A stretch of DNA of 64,000 bases from an uncultured virus (IMG/VR IMGVR_UViG_3300008255_000131) (lineage: Duplodnaviria > Heunggongvirae > Uroviricota > Caudoviricetes), in IMG/VR virus record IMGVR_UViG_3300008255_000131. The stretch is one strand, 5' to 3'. The notes under the pieces were generated by a model that worked only from the letters and a program-made list of their open reading frames with translations, was not told where the DNA came from and did not search any database. Positions 29,227 to 38,589 of this stretch are shown piece after piece; within the stretch, counting starts at the first letter, position 1, and each line of letters starts with the position of its first letter. The position numbers and the translations under genes are program-made.

Positions 29227-30057
29227 ATGATTAATGGTTACGAAATTTATTGTTGTGTTTTTACTACAAATTTAGTAAAAAACAAATACTTTCCTGTATC
29301 GCATAAAGCCATGGAATCTTGGAATAAATTTGATTTCGTAGATAAAATCTATGCTTTTAATGGAGATTCGACCGATGATACAGTTGAAAAGCATTCAGAT
29401 ATAGAAAAAGTAAATTTTATAACATCTCCTAAATGGAACACTGAAGAAATATCTCAAGATGTAATGGTAAAGCAATATGAATTCTGCTTAGACTTTTTCA
29501 ATAATCTAAATAGAAAATGTATTGTTTTTATATTGTCAAGTGACAATATATGGTCAGAAAAATTGGGTTTTGAAATTTTACAAAAAACAAAAAATTTAAT
29601 TAAGTCTAATCAGTATAATTTTTTTAATTTGCCATTTGTAAAAGTTCCAACAAAAGATGTTAGAGAAATAAAAAGAAACTTTTCTTCTTTTAGTATTTAT
29701 TCTGCAATAAAATTCAATGAAGAAATAAAATGGAATAAAATTGCAAATGAAATAAAATTATCTGGCTCTCAAAAAGCAAAGGGACTAGTTTCTTTGTGGG
29801 AAAATCAAATGTTTTCTTATGAAACTTGGTTTTTTACAAAAGAAGATATTCTAAGAAAAATTAAAATTCATAAAGAATGGGATGAAAAATTGTCAATTGA
29901 TGATACAATGAAAAAAGCATATTTAAAAAAATTAAAAATGTATGGAAAACGTGATATGAGCTACTCAGAACACCCTAAAGAAGCTCAAGAACTAATTGAT
30001 ATATTAGAAGAAGATCATTTGGGATATTCTTTGTTCGGAAATTATATAAAATCTTGA
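29227..30057 (+). CDS. Divergent GT-A (GT2-like) glycosyltransferase
   Basis: VDKIYAFNGDSTDDT motif; xSD at the DxD position; HPK near the C-terminus. Confidence 0.55.
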   Translation: MINGYEIYCCVFTTNLVKNKYFPVSHKAMESWNKFDFVDKIYAFNGDSTDDTVEKHSDIEKVNFITSPKWNTEEISQDVMVKQYEFCLDFFNNLNRKCIVFILSSDNIWSEKLGFEILQKTKNLIKSNQYNFFNLPFVKVPTKDVREIKRNFSSFSIYSAIKFNEEIKWNKIANEIKLSGSQKAKGLVSLWENQMFSYETWFFTKEDILRKIKIHKEWDEKLSIDDTMKKAYLKKLKMYGKRDMSYSEHPKEAQELIDILEEDHLGYSLFGNYIKS

Positions 30058-30806
30058 ATTATACAATTTTCAATTTTATACTTTTCTATAAAAGCCTTTA
30101 TTGATTCTAGTGGCCTATTGTGCTTATGATAATTGTAGCGAATTTGTGGATTAAAATCTTTTATATAATTTATTTCAAAAGAAGTAAATCCTCTTCTTTC
30201 TGCACTTAGAAAATTGAATCTTAGATATTTGGACGGATTTCCAACAACAACTGAAAATGGCAAAACATGTTTTGTATTCACGCTTCCCATTCCAACCATG
30301 GCAGATTCTCCAATCGTTAAACCTTGATGCGTTACAGAGTTTAAGCCAATAAATGCATGATCTTCAACAATGCAAGAACCTCCTATTATTGCATGGGCCA
30401 TAATAACATGATCTCCTAATACTGCATCATGTGGGATGTGACTTTTTGATGTAATATAGCATTTTGAACCAATTTTTGTTCTTTTGGAAACAGAAGGAAA
30501 ATGAATTGTTACAAATTCTCTAATTGTATTCTGATCGCCTATTTCGATCAATCCGCCAACAGGCTTTACATCTCCCTTGAATGTCATTTCTCCAAGGGTT
30601 CCAATTGAAACCATGTTATATATCTTGTTCTTTTTTCCAATTACAACATCATTATATATTCCAACATGGTTGCCAATTGAAGTATCATCTCCAATTTCAA
30701 TGTTTCCATCCAATATTGAATAAGCACCTATTGATACATTTTTTCCAATTTTGATGTTACCATTTAAAATTGCTGTTTTATGTATTGTCACGCTAAAATA
30801 CCTCAA
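30042..30806 (-). CDS. LpxA-like UDP-sugar acyltransferase
   Basis: Hexapeptide repeats plus LpxA hallmarks IREFVTIH, HIPHD, HQ and RRGF. Confidence 0.8.
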   Translation of the reverse strand: MRYFSVTIHKTAILNGNIKIGKNVSIGAYSILDGNIEIGDDTSIGNHVGIYNDVVIGKKNKIYNMVSIGTLGEMTFKGDVKPVGGLIEIGDQNTIREFVTIHFPSVSKRTKIGSKCYITSKSHIPHDAVLGDHVIMAHAIIGGSCIVEDHAFIGLNSVTHQGLTIGESAMVGMGSVNTKHVLPFSVVVGNPSKYLRFNFLSAERRGFTSFEINYIKDFNPQIRYNYHKHNRPLESIKAFIEKYKIENCIIQDFI

Positions 30807-31620
30807 TATATTTTGTTACTCTATGTGTCATGTCAAATGATTTTTTATTAATGTCTTTAAAGTCATTTGACATGAAATACTTTATTGATTCAGATAAAGG
30901 ACTATTAAATGACAAATGTTGTTCTTTACCATTTATGCTCATAATTTTCAATGCATCATCAAATATAATTATTTCTTTTTCAAATTGAAAATAAATCTTG
31001 ATTTGTTTAATTGGATAATTCCCAGAATCATGAACCAAGGCATGAAAATTTTTGTTATCAACTTCCAATTCAAAAAAACCAAATGCGTTATTTTGATTAA
31101 TTCTTTTTATGCTTGAAAAGCTACAAGATTCTGAGAATAAATTCAAAATTGATATATCATGACACATAAGATCTGATACGGCATTTGCATCAGATCTTAC
31201 TTTTTGCGTGTTCAATCTATCAATCTTTATTGATATTAAATCTCCACAAATTCCTGATTTGAATCGATTTAAAACCCACAAAATATATGGATTATATGTG
31301 TAAATCCAGTCTACGTGAAGCTTTTTAGAAGCTTTATTTGCCACTTCAAAAAGTTCTGCAACCTGGCTTGTTGTTTTGCAAAGAGGCTTCTCGCAAAAAA
31401 CATCGCATCCGTACATTAGGGCCTTTTTTACAAGCGAGTAATGGGTATCAAATGGTGTCGCAACGAAAACCGATTTACACTTCTCAAATAACAAGTCAGA
31501 CGATTTAACATTTGATATCTCTGGATATGCTGGGTCGTATACTACATCAAAAGACTGATTGTTAGAAAGAATTTTTCCCCAATATCCGCAACCAAGCAAG
31601 CCAATCATAATACGCTCCAA
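30793..31620 (-). CDS. Gfo/Idh/MocA NAD-dependent oxidoreductase (GnnA/WbpB-like)
   Basis: GCGYWG, ATP...H, CEKP and DLMCHD motifs. Confidence 0.88.
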   Translation of the reverse strand: MERIMIGLLGCGYWGKILSNNQSFDVVYDPAYPEISNVKSSDLLFEKCKSVFVATPFDTHYSLVKKALMYGCDVFCEKPLCKTTSQVAELFEVANKASKKLHVDWIYTYNPYILWVLNRFKSGICGDLISIKIDRLNTQKVRSDANAVSDLMCHDISILNLFSESCSFSSIKRINQNNAFGFFELEVDNKNFHALVHDSGNYPIKQIKIYFQFEKEIIIFDDALKIMSINGKEQHLSFNSPLSESIKYFMSNDFKDINKKSFDMTHRVTKYIEVF

Positions 31621-32753
31621 TTCTTTATTTCACTAATAACAAAATCAATATCTTCATCTGTCATCCCTTCATTGCAAGGAATGCTAAGAACTCTTTTTCC
31701 AAAATCGTTGGTACAAATTTCTGACCCGATTTGTTCTTTCCAGCAATCTACTTCATGTATCATTACAGGATAATGAATATTTGTTGCAATTCCTTTTTCT
31801 GATAAATATTCAATTAATCCATTTCTATTCTTTTCATCTAAGACATCTAGGCAAAAAACATGCCAAGCACTTAAGTTTTCAATTTTGTCAACATTTTGAG
31901 TTGTTGGCAAGATAGTTTTTATTTTTTCTAGTCCCTTAAAGGCTTCAATATACCTTTTTGCTATTTCTCGTCTTCTGTCAAGAATAAATTTGTAATCATT
32001 TAGCTTTTCTAATAGAAAAGCTGCCTGAATCGAATCCATTCTATGATTAAATCCCATCCCAGAATATTCATGTTTTTTATGCATTCCATATGTTCTCAAA
32101 GGAGAAATGGATTGCTGCAAAATTTCGCTGTTTGTACAAATGACTCCTGCATCACCTATTGCTCCAATGTTTTTTCCCGGAAACAAAGAGAAGAATGAAA
32201 CATCTCCAAAATTTCCAACCTTTGTGCCATTAATCTCTTGGAAATGAGATTGCGAACAGTCTTCTATTAATGGAATTTTTTTTAGTTTGCAATGATAAGA
32301 AAAGTCTTCTATAGCTTTGATAGAATGCCCATAAAGATAAACTACAATAACCGCTATCGCATCATTTCCTATGAATTCTAGAGACTTAGAATCTGCATTT
32401 TGAGTTTTTTCATTTACTGGGTAATGCTTGAACTTATATCCGAGTTGAAGACCACCCAAAATTGTTCCTATAAATGTATTCTCTGGGTAGTATATGTATC
32501 CTTCATCTTTGTTTAGGTCCAATCCTCTAAGAATCAAAGATAGACAATCAGTCCCACAAGATGTTCCCAAAGAATATTTTGAACCATTTATTTTTGAAAA
32601 TTTATTTTCAAATTCTTCAAGATACTTCCCTCCAACAAAAGAAGATGTTTCAAAAATGTCATCTAGCTTCTTGTAAAATGCTTTTTTGTATTTTTTATTA
32701 ATGTCTTTTAAGTTAAGATAAGGAATTTTCACAATACTATTCCTTGATGGCAT
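31605..32753 (-). CDS. DegT/DnrJ/EryC1/StrS PLP sugar aminotransferase (GnnB/WbpE-like)
   Basis: IEDCSQSH, SLFPGKNIGAIGDAG (PLP Lys) and GFNHRMDSIQAA motifs. Confidence 0.92.
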   Translation of the reverse strand: MPSRNSIVKIPYLNLKDINKKYKKAFYKKLDDIFETSSFVGGKYLEEFENKFSKINGSKYSLGTSCGTDCLSLILRGLDLNKDEGYIYYPENTFIGTILGGLQLGYKFKHYPVNEKTQNADSKSLEFIGNDAIAVIVVYLYGHSIKAIEDFSYHCKLKKIPLIEDCSQSHFQEINGTKVGNFGDVSFFSLFPGKNIGAIGDAGVICTNSEILQQSISPLRTYGMHKKHEYSGMGFNHRMDSIQAAFLLEKLNDYKFILDRRREIAKRYIEAFKGLEKIKTILPTTQNVDKIENLSAWHVFCLDVLDEKNRNGLIEYLSEKGIATNIHYPVMIHEVDCWKEQIGSEICTNDFGKRVLSIPCNEGMTDEDIDFVISEIKNWSVL

Positions 32754-33159
32754 CCATTGCTCTCATTTCAACAGAATAATCTTTTATTACCCTTTTTTCG
32801 CACATTGAATTTTCGATGTTTGAAATGCAATTTTTTCTATTGGCTAATGCTGTCTCTTCACCTCTACAATGTTCAAATAGCTCTTTTATTTTTTCTACAT
32901 CAGCCTTTGAGCAATCAATTTCCACCAAAGGATCTTTTTGTGGCTTAGTGCATGAAAATGTCAAACTCCCAACAATTGCTACAATTCCAAGAATAACACT
33001 TATCCAAATAAAATTATCACTTCTAAAAAAATCTCTAATTGTGCTAATAAATAAAGTTTGTCGCTCATGTCTGAGATTGATTTTTCTCATCTCTCTTTCA
33101 TGCTCTTGTTGTTTCCACCTATCCGTTGAGTCTATGATTTCTTGATCACTGTTTTCCAT
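32737..33159 (-). CDS. Single-TM protein with Cys-rich C-terminus
   Basis: TM segment IWISVILGIVAIVGSLTF, followed by several Cys. Confidence 0.6.
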   Translation of the reverse strand: MENSDQEIIDSTDRWKQQEHEREMRKINLRHERQTLFISTIRDFFRSDNFIWISVILGIVAIVGSLTFSCTKPQKDPLVEIDCSKADVEKIKELFEHCRGEETALANRKNCISNIENSMCEKRVIKDYSVEMRAMDAIKE

Positions 33160-33460
33160 TTTTATTTAATTCCTCTGGAAATGCTGACAACAGCGATCTT
33201 ATCACAAGTTGCCAAACGTTTAGCCTTTTCCTTGGGTAATTTTTGACTTCGCCCGTTCTTGACGCTCCCTTTCCATCATAAAGAAGCTCTTTGGTCGGAG
33301 GGCCATACTCTCCTCCTTTATGCTTATTTCTACAAACTCGAACTTCGTACTCTCCAATTTCTGAAGTCCCTTCTCCATTATTATAGATGTAAGTCCTACC
33401 AAGTTCCCTTTTGTTGCTTTCTTGGCCAAATGGCCAAAGTTCAATTTTTATAACAAGCAT
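33146..33460 (-). CDS. Phage hypothetical protein (MLVIKIELWP)
   Basis: 104-aa ORF abutting its neighbours. Confidence 0.6.
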   Translation of the reverse strand: MLVIKIELWPFGQESNKRELGRTYIYNNGEGTSEIGEYEVRVCRNKHKGGEYGPPTKELLYDGKGASRTGEVKNYPRKRLNVWQLVIRSLLSAFPEELNKNGKQ

Positions 33461-33985
33461 TTAGTCATCTTCTCTTGGCAACCCTCGTGAAAGTCTTGCA
33501 ATTTCGACCGACACATCAAGAATTACATCAATTGGTCTTGCAAATCCTAAATTGTTGGCGTTTCTTACAGGTCTTCCGTCTTGGCAAGTTAGAGGTTCTT
33601 CTCCAAGAAATCCATTTTTTACAAGTGATCTAATTTGTCCCAATGACATTTCAAGATCTTGAATCCATGAAAGTGTTGAAAGCATGGCAAATAATACAAA
33701 ATCACTACTTGGAATGTTTTCTAGCTCCTTAGTTTTTTCATTTTCAATAGTATAAAGAATTCTGCCCAAGCTATCAACTTTGTATTCTTCATCTAATTTG
33801 CGTTCAATATAGTCTCTTGGAAGGTGAGAGATAAGTGTTTCTGCATATTCAACACAACGTTTAATTGCATCTTTATGATCTTGCAATTCAGCTTGAGTTA
33901 AGCTTAATTGTTTTTTTAAGGATTCGATTTCTAGATTTGTTTCTTCTTTTCCCATTTGTTATTCTTTCTTTGTGAGGAGAAGAAT

Positions 33986-36475
33986 TTATTTTACAATCTC
34001 CAACGAATTTCCTTCAAGATCCATTTTGATAATTGTTCCAGGTTTGACGTTTGTGGTCAAAAGATAATTGGATAGTGGCTTTAGAACTTCTTGCTTGATG
34101 AGCCTCTTTAGAGGGCGAGCACCAAACTTCGGATCATATCCATTTTCAGCAAGCCATTCACGAGCATTATCAGAAAGAATAAGATCCAAATCTCGTTCTT
34201 TGAGCCTCTTTTGAACAGAGCGCATTTGAATATCAAGAATATTGATCATATGCTCTTTGTACAGAGGATGAAAGTAAACAATTCCATCAATTCGATTGAT
34301 GAATTCTGGGCGGAACTTGGTTTGAAGCAATTTCTCACGAAGAACAGCCAGAGTATCCTCGTCATGATCCTGATAATAAAGCTCAGAACCAATATTGGAA
34401 GTTAGCAGAATGATAGTATTTGTAAAGTCTACAGTTCGGCCTTGTGTATCAGTAAGTCGTCCTTCATCAAATACTTGAAGCATGATATTCCACACATCAG
34501 GATGTGCCTTTTCAACTTCGTCCAGAAGCACCAGAGAATAGGGGCGATGGCGTACAGCTTCGGTGAGCTGCCCACCCTCGTCATATCCTACGTAGCCTGG
34601 TGGTGAACCTACAAGCCTAGAAACGGCATGCTTTTCCATGTATTCGCTCATGTCCAGGCGAACAATGGCAGATTCATCATCAAACAAAAATTCTGCCAAA
34701 GCTTTTGCCAATTCGGTTTTGCCGGTACCTGTAGGTCCCATGAACAAAAATGTTCCCATTGGAGCATTGGGGTCGGTCAAGCCTGCTCGACTTTGCCGAA
34801 TAGCATCAGATACAGCAGAAATCGCAGGATGTTGACCAACAACTCGGCTGTGTAGTCGATCTTCCATTTTCATTAGTTCTTTTTGAGTTTTCTGTTGAAG
34901 CATTTTTTCAGCAGGAACCCCCGTCCAAGAAGAAACAACTTTTGCAATGTCTTCTTCAGTTACTTTATCCCGAAGAAAAGATCCAACAGCCTGAAGTTTT
35001 TTCAGATCAGCAATGCTTTTGTTTTTTCGATTTTCAATAGGAGCGATTTCATTAATCATGAACAAAGCAAGACGATTATGATCCATGGTCCTTGAAGTAG
35101 CATTCGCTTTATCCAAAGATTCAGAAACATCTTTGATATCTTCAATTAGTTCTTTTTCTTTGGTCCAGCGGGTTCGCATTTCCAAGATTTCTTGTTCGAT
35201 CTTGGAAATTTCTTCCCTAACCTTAGCCTTACGACCCTTGTTTTTTCTGGAGTTATCCAGCGTTTCCAATTCCATGTTGAGTCGTTTGATTTTTCGTTCG
35301 CGCTCATCAATTACAGATGGAACACTTTCAATATCCATCTTTAGTTCGGCGCATGCTTCATCGATCAAGTCAATCGCTTTATCGGGAAGATACCGATTCT
35401 GAATATAGCGAGCACTTAGCTTGGCCGCTGCAACAAGAGCAGAATCTTCAATTTCAAGACCATGATGTGATTGAAATTTGTTCCTCAATCCTCTTAGAAT
35501 TGAGATTGATTCGTCAACCGTAGGCTCTTCAATTCGAACAGCCTGGAATCGTCGCTCTAGCTGGGGATCTTTTTCGATATTTTTCTTGTAAGCGTCGGTT
35601 GTAGTCGCTCCGATGCATCGAATTTCTCCATTTGCCAGAGTCGGTTTAAGAATACCAGCAGCATCTTGGCCGCCGCTTTCTCCCGATCCGGTTCCCATAA
35701 TGGTGTGCAAATCGTCAATGAAAAGAATTACATCTTTTGCTTCTGAGGCCGCTTGAATTACTCCCTTTAGGCGCTCTTCAAACTGTCCACGATACTGAGA
35801 ACCAGCAACAATACTTGAAAGATCAAGTTGCAGAATCGAGAGATTCTGAATCGATTTCGGAACATCGTTGTCAGCGATTCGTTGAGCGATTGCATAAACA
35901 ATGCTGGTTTTACCAACCCCAGACTCTCCGACAATAACAGGATTATTTTTATTTCGACGACTAAGAGTCTGAATCGCTCGACGCACTTCCACATCACGAC
36001 CGATCACCGGGTCGAGACAACCTAGCTTCGCAAGCCGTGTTAGGTCCCTGGAATATTTTGATAGCGCTTCGCCGTACTCTTGGGAGACTATCACCTTATT
36101 TTCGTTTAGACCTTCTAAAATATGTTTGGTGGCTTCAGTTTCTTTTAGAGCAAGAATAAGATGCCCAACAACAATTTTGCCTGGGGTTTTACCCGCAGCA
36201 ATGTTCAACATTTCATGAATGTCGGCATTCGGCTTTGGATCTCTTACCTTTTCCGTAGGAAAGGTTGAAAACTTTTCTTTTAGCTCTTTTGAGATATGGT
36301 GGAGTGAACCACCGGCATTCTTGATAAGTCGACTTGCATTCTTATCATGAATAATTGTCGTAAGAACATGCAAAGTTGAAAATTCAGAATGTTTTAGCAG
36401 TTTAGCTTGATCTGCTGCTTTCTGAATAATTTTGCGGGCAGAATCTGATACGTTTTCTGGTTTAAAGTCTTTCAT
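33986..36475 (-). CDS. clpB: ClpB-type AAA+ disaggregase
   Basis: LDPVIGRD, GESGVGKT, LERRFQ, LPDKAIDL, coiled-coil M domain, GPTGTGKTE, GSPPGYVG, LLDEVEKAH, GARPL; no IGF/L loop. Confidence 0.95.
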   Translation of the reverse strand: MKDFKPENVSDSARKIIQKAADQAKLLKHSEFSTLHVLTTIIHDKNASRLIKNAGGSLHHISKELKEKFSTFPTEKVRDPKPNADIHEMLNIAAGKTPGKIVVGHLILALKETEATKHILEGLNENKVIVSQEYGEALSKYSRDLTRLAKLGCLDPVIGRDVEVRRAIQTLSRRNKNNPVIVGESGVGKTSIVYAIAQRIADNDVPKSIQNLSILQLDLSSIVAGSQYRGQFEERLKGVIQAASEAKDVILFIDDLHTIMGTGSGESGGQDAAGILKPTLANGEIRCIGATTTDAYKKNIEKDPQLERRFQAVRIEEPTVDESISILRGLRNKFQSHHGLEIEDSALVAAAKLSARYIQNRYLPDKAIDLIDEACAELKMDIESVPSVIDERERKIKRLNMELETLDNSRKNKGRKAKVREEISKIEQEILEMRTRWTKEKELIEDIKDVSESLDKANATSRTMDHNRLALFMINEIAPIENRKNKSIADLKKLQAVGSFLRDKVTEEDIAKVVSSWTGVPAEKMLQQKTQKELMKMEDRLHSRVVGQHPAISAVSDAIRQSRAGLTDPNAPMGTFLFMGPTGTGKTELAKALAEFLFDDESAIVRLDMSEYMEKHAVSRLVGSPPGYVGYDEGGQLTEAVRHRPYSLVLLDEVEKAHPDVWNIMLQVFDEGRLTDTQGRTVDFTNTIILLTSNIGSELYYQDHDEDTLAVLREKLLQTKFRPEFINRIDGIVYFHPLYKEHMINILDIQMRSVQKRLKERDLDLILSDNAREWLAENGYDPKFGARPLKRLIKQEVLKPLSNYLLTTNVKPGTIIKMDLEGNSLEIVK

Positions 36476-36517
36476 TAGTTATCCTTGTTCTGATTGGTTA
36501 TAGAAAGCGACTACTGG

Positions 36518-36547
36518 AATCTACATCATCAGCGTTCTAGCTGTCAA
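36518..36547 (-). promoter_or_regulatory. Possible sigma70 promoter for clpB
   Basis: TTGACA-18-TAGATT. Confidence 0.45.
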
Positions 36548-36581
36548 GAGAAAAGCTTAGAGATTCTTCTGGGCTTGCTTC

Positions 36582-36680
36582 GATCAATTTAAATTAATTA
36601 AATTTGTTTACAATTTAAGATTGATGAATTACCCTTAAATTAATTAAATTGATCTTAAATTAATTTAAGATAAATTTTCT
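36582..36680. repeat. AT-rich intergenic array of TTAAATTAATT repeats and palindromes
   Basis: Three TTAAATTAATT copies; perfect 20-bp palindrome ATCTTAAATTAATTTAAGAT at 36652-36671. Confidence 0.7.
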
Positions 36681-38298
36681 TTTTACTTCTTCTATAGAGT
36701 TCTTTAGTAGTTTTAATTTAACTAATGCATGAGCTTGAAGTCTGTTTTTTCAAGCTCATTCAAATTAAATTCAAGATTATCCATCTTGAATTTAATTTTC
36801 TTTTGTTGATATTCGGTTTCTGAGATCTCTCTTTCTAGTTTTTTTATATCTTCAAAGATCTCTTTGAAAGTCTCTGGGTTCTCTTTTTTAAATGTTTCAA
36901 TTAAATCTTTAATGTCTTCCATATTTTAATCCTTTTTCTTTTCTTTGTCTTTTTTGTATTGTTCCCAAAAATTGCTCATTCGAAATGTCATGATGACTAG
37001 AACAATTGTAGTAAAAATTCCTTCAATTGAAAAGAATGAATCCATAGCTACAGTATAAACTGTAACAGATAGCATTAGAAAATAGAGAAACAATTGAAAG
37101 AAAAAATGTGTTTTTGATTTCATGTTGGCTTCTTTCTTAGAGAGCTTCTCTTCTAGTTTAAGCATCAAAAGATGGCTTGTCAACTGACATTCGCCAAATA
37201 TTACGGCTGATACCAACCCCACAATTCTGCAAATGCATCACAAATCTCTAAAATGTTTTTTTTGCCAGTAATGCTAAAACAACCAAACTTCAATTCATGC
37301 TTTCTGGTTGGTAATGGAATTAAGTCAAAAACAACTCCAGAATACTCTTTTTTATAGTTTTTGACAGTTATGTTATAGACGAAAAACATGGACAATGGAC
37401 ATCGGGGATAAGGGTCATATTTTTTTGCGTCAAAAATATAAAATATAATTTTCTCAAGCTTTTGAGAGTCAATTTTCGGAGCATTTTCATACTCCCAACC
37501 ATAAAAGCTAGCAATAGAAATTATTATATTTTTTAGATCTTGCTTTTCTTTCCATGTCAAAGAGGAGTCTCCTCCTATGAAAACCTTATTCTCATATGCA
37601 ATAAAAAATGGACGCCGATCATCATCTTCTATAATGATACAATCTGGTTTATAAAATTTATTCTTGCTCATTTTCTTCTTTCCATTGCATTGATCTTCAA
37701 TAACTTTTTTAATTTTAACTTCTTTGATTTTCATTTTATTTCTCAAATAAAAATGTGCTCAAAACGTAAAGTAATTTAGTCGTTTTGAGCACATTTTAGG
37801 TTTAGGGTTTTTGTTAAGGTTTTTGTTAAAGAATTCCGGCTTTGGTAAGTGCGTCTTTGACGTTTTCCAAGGCTGCACCACTATCAAAATACTGATTGAT
37901 GATATCAATATCTTGCGGTCGTGCGTCCTCTCCCAAGAGTGCGGTAATGTCGCGCTTGAGAACCCCAATTACGGAATTGGTTGCTTTTTCGATTAGTTTT
38001 TGTTTTACTGCTCCAAACATATTATTTTCCTTTTGTTATTTTGAATGATTACTTAATCACCTTAAGTGATTCTTTTAAATATCCACCGTTCCAACTAGAA
38101 TACATCCTCACCTGTATCTGATCAAAATTGTGCTTTAGAAGTGCATGATCAACTTCTTCAATTGGGTTTTTTAAAAAAAACTTTGAAGAATAACTTCCAT
38201 ATTTCACCAAATCGGCGCCTTCAAGATCTGCTACTTCAAATCTAAATGCCAAACTCTAAGTGCGCCTTTTTTGAACATGAACCCTTGTATCACAATTA

Positions 38299-38589
38299 TT
38301 AGATGCTGCCAAATGAAAAAAATCTGTATATTTTTTTGAAAATTCCAACTTCCTCAAAATCTTCACATTGTCCATTATTATTTTTTTGATAACAAGCTAT
38401 CGCTGTAAAAGGACTTTTTTGTCCTGATACCGGGTCTATTTGTTGTTCTTTTACAAGTTCTAAAGTGCAAACATAAGAAATGTTGGTGCTAGTATTTCCA
38501 TTAGGGAATGAAATCAAACCTTCTCCAAGGTATTTGCAATTTTTGCATATTGAAACTTGTTTATTTTTGTTTTTGTTTTTCTTCAACAT
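38299..38589 (-). CDS. Small Cys-rich (CxxC..C..C..N..G.C) protein
   Basis: Shares its Cys pattern and C-terminal KI.RFF with 41676-42026 and 56173-56445. Confidence 0.6.
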   Translation of the reverse strand: MLKKNKNKNKQVSICKNCKYLGEGLISFPNGNTSTNISYVCTLELVKEQQIDPVSGQKSPFTAIACYQKNNNGQCEDFEEVGIFKKIYRFFSFGSI

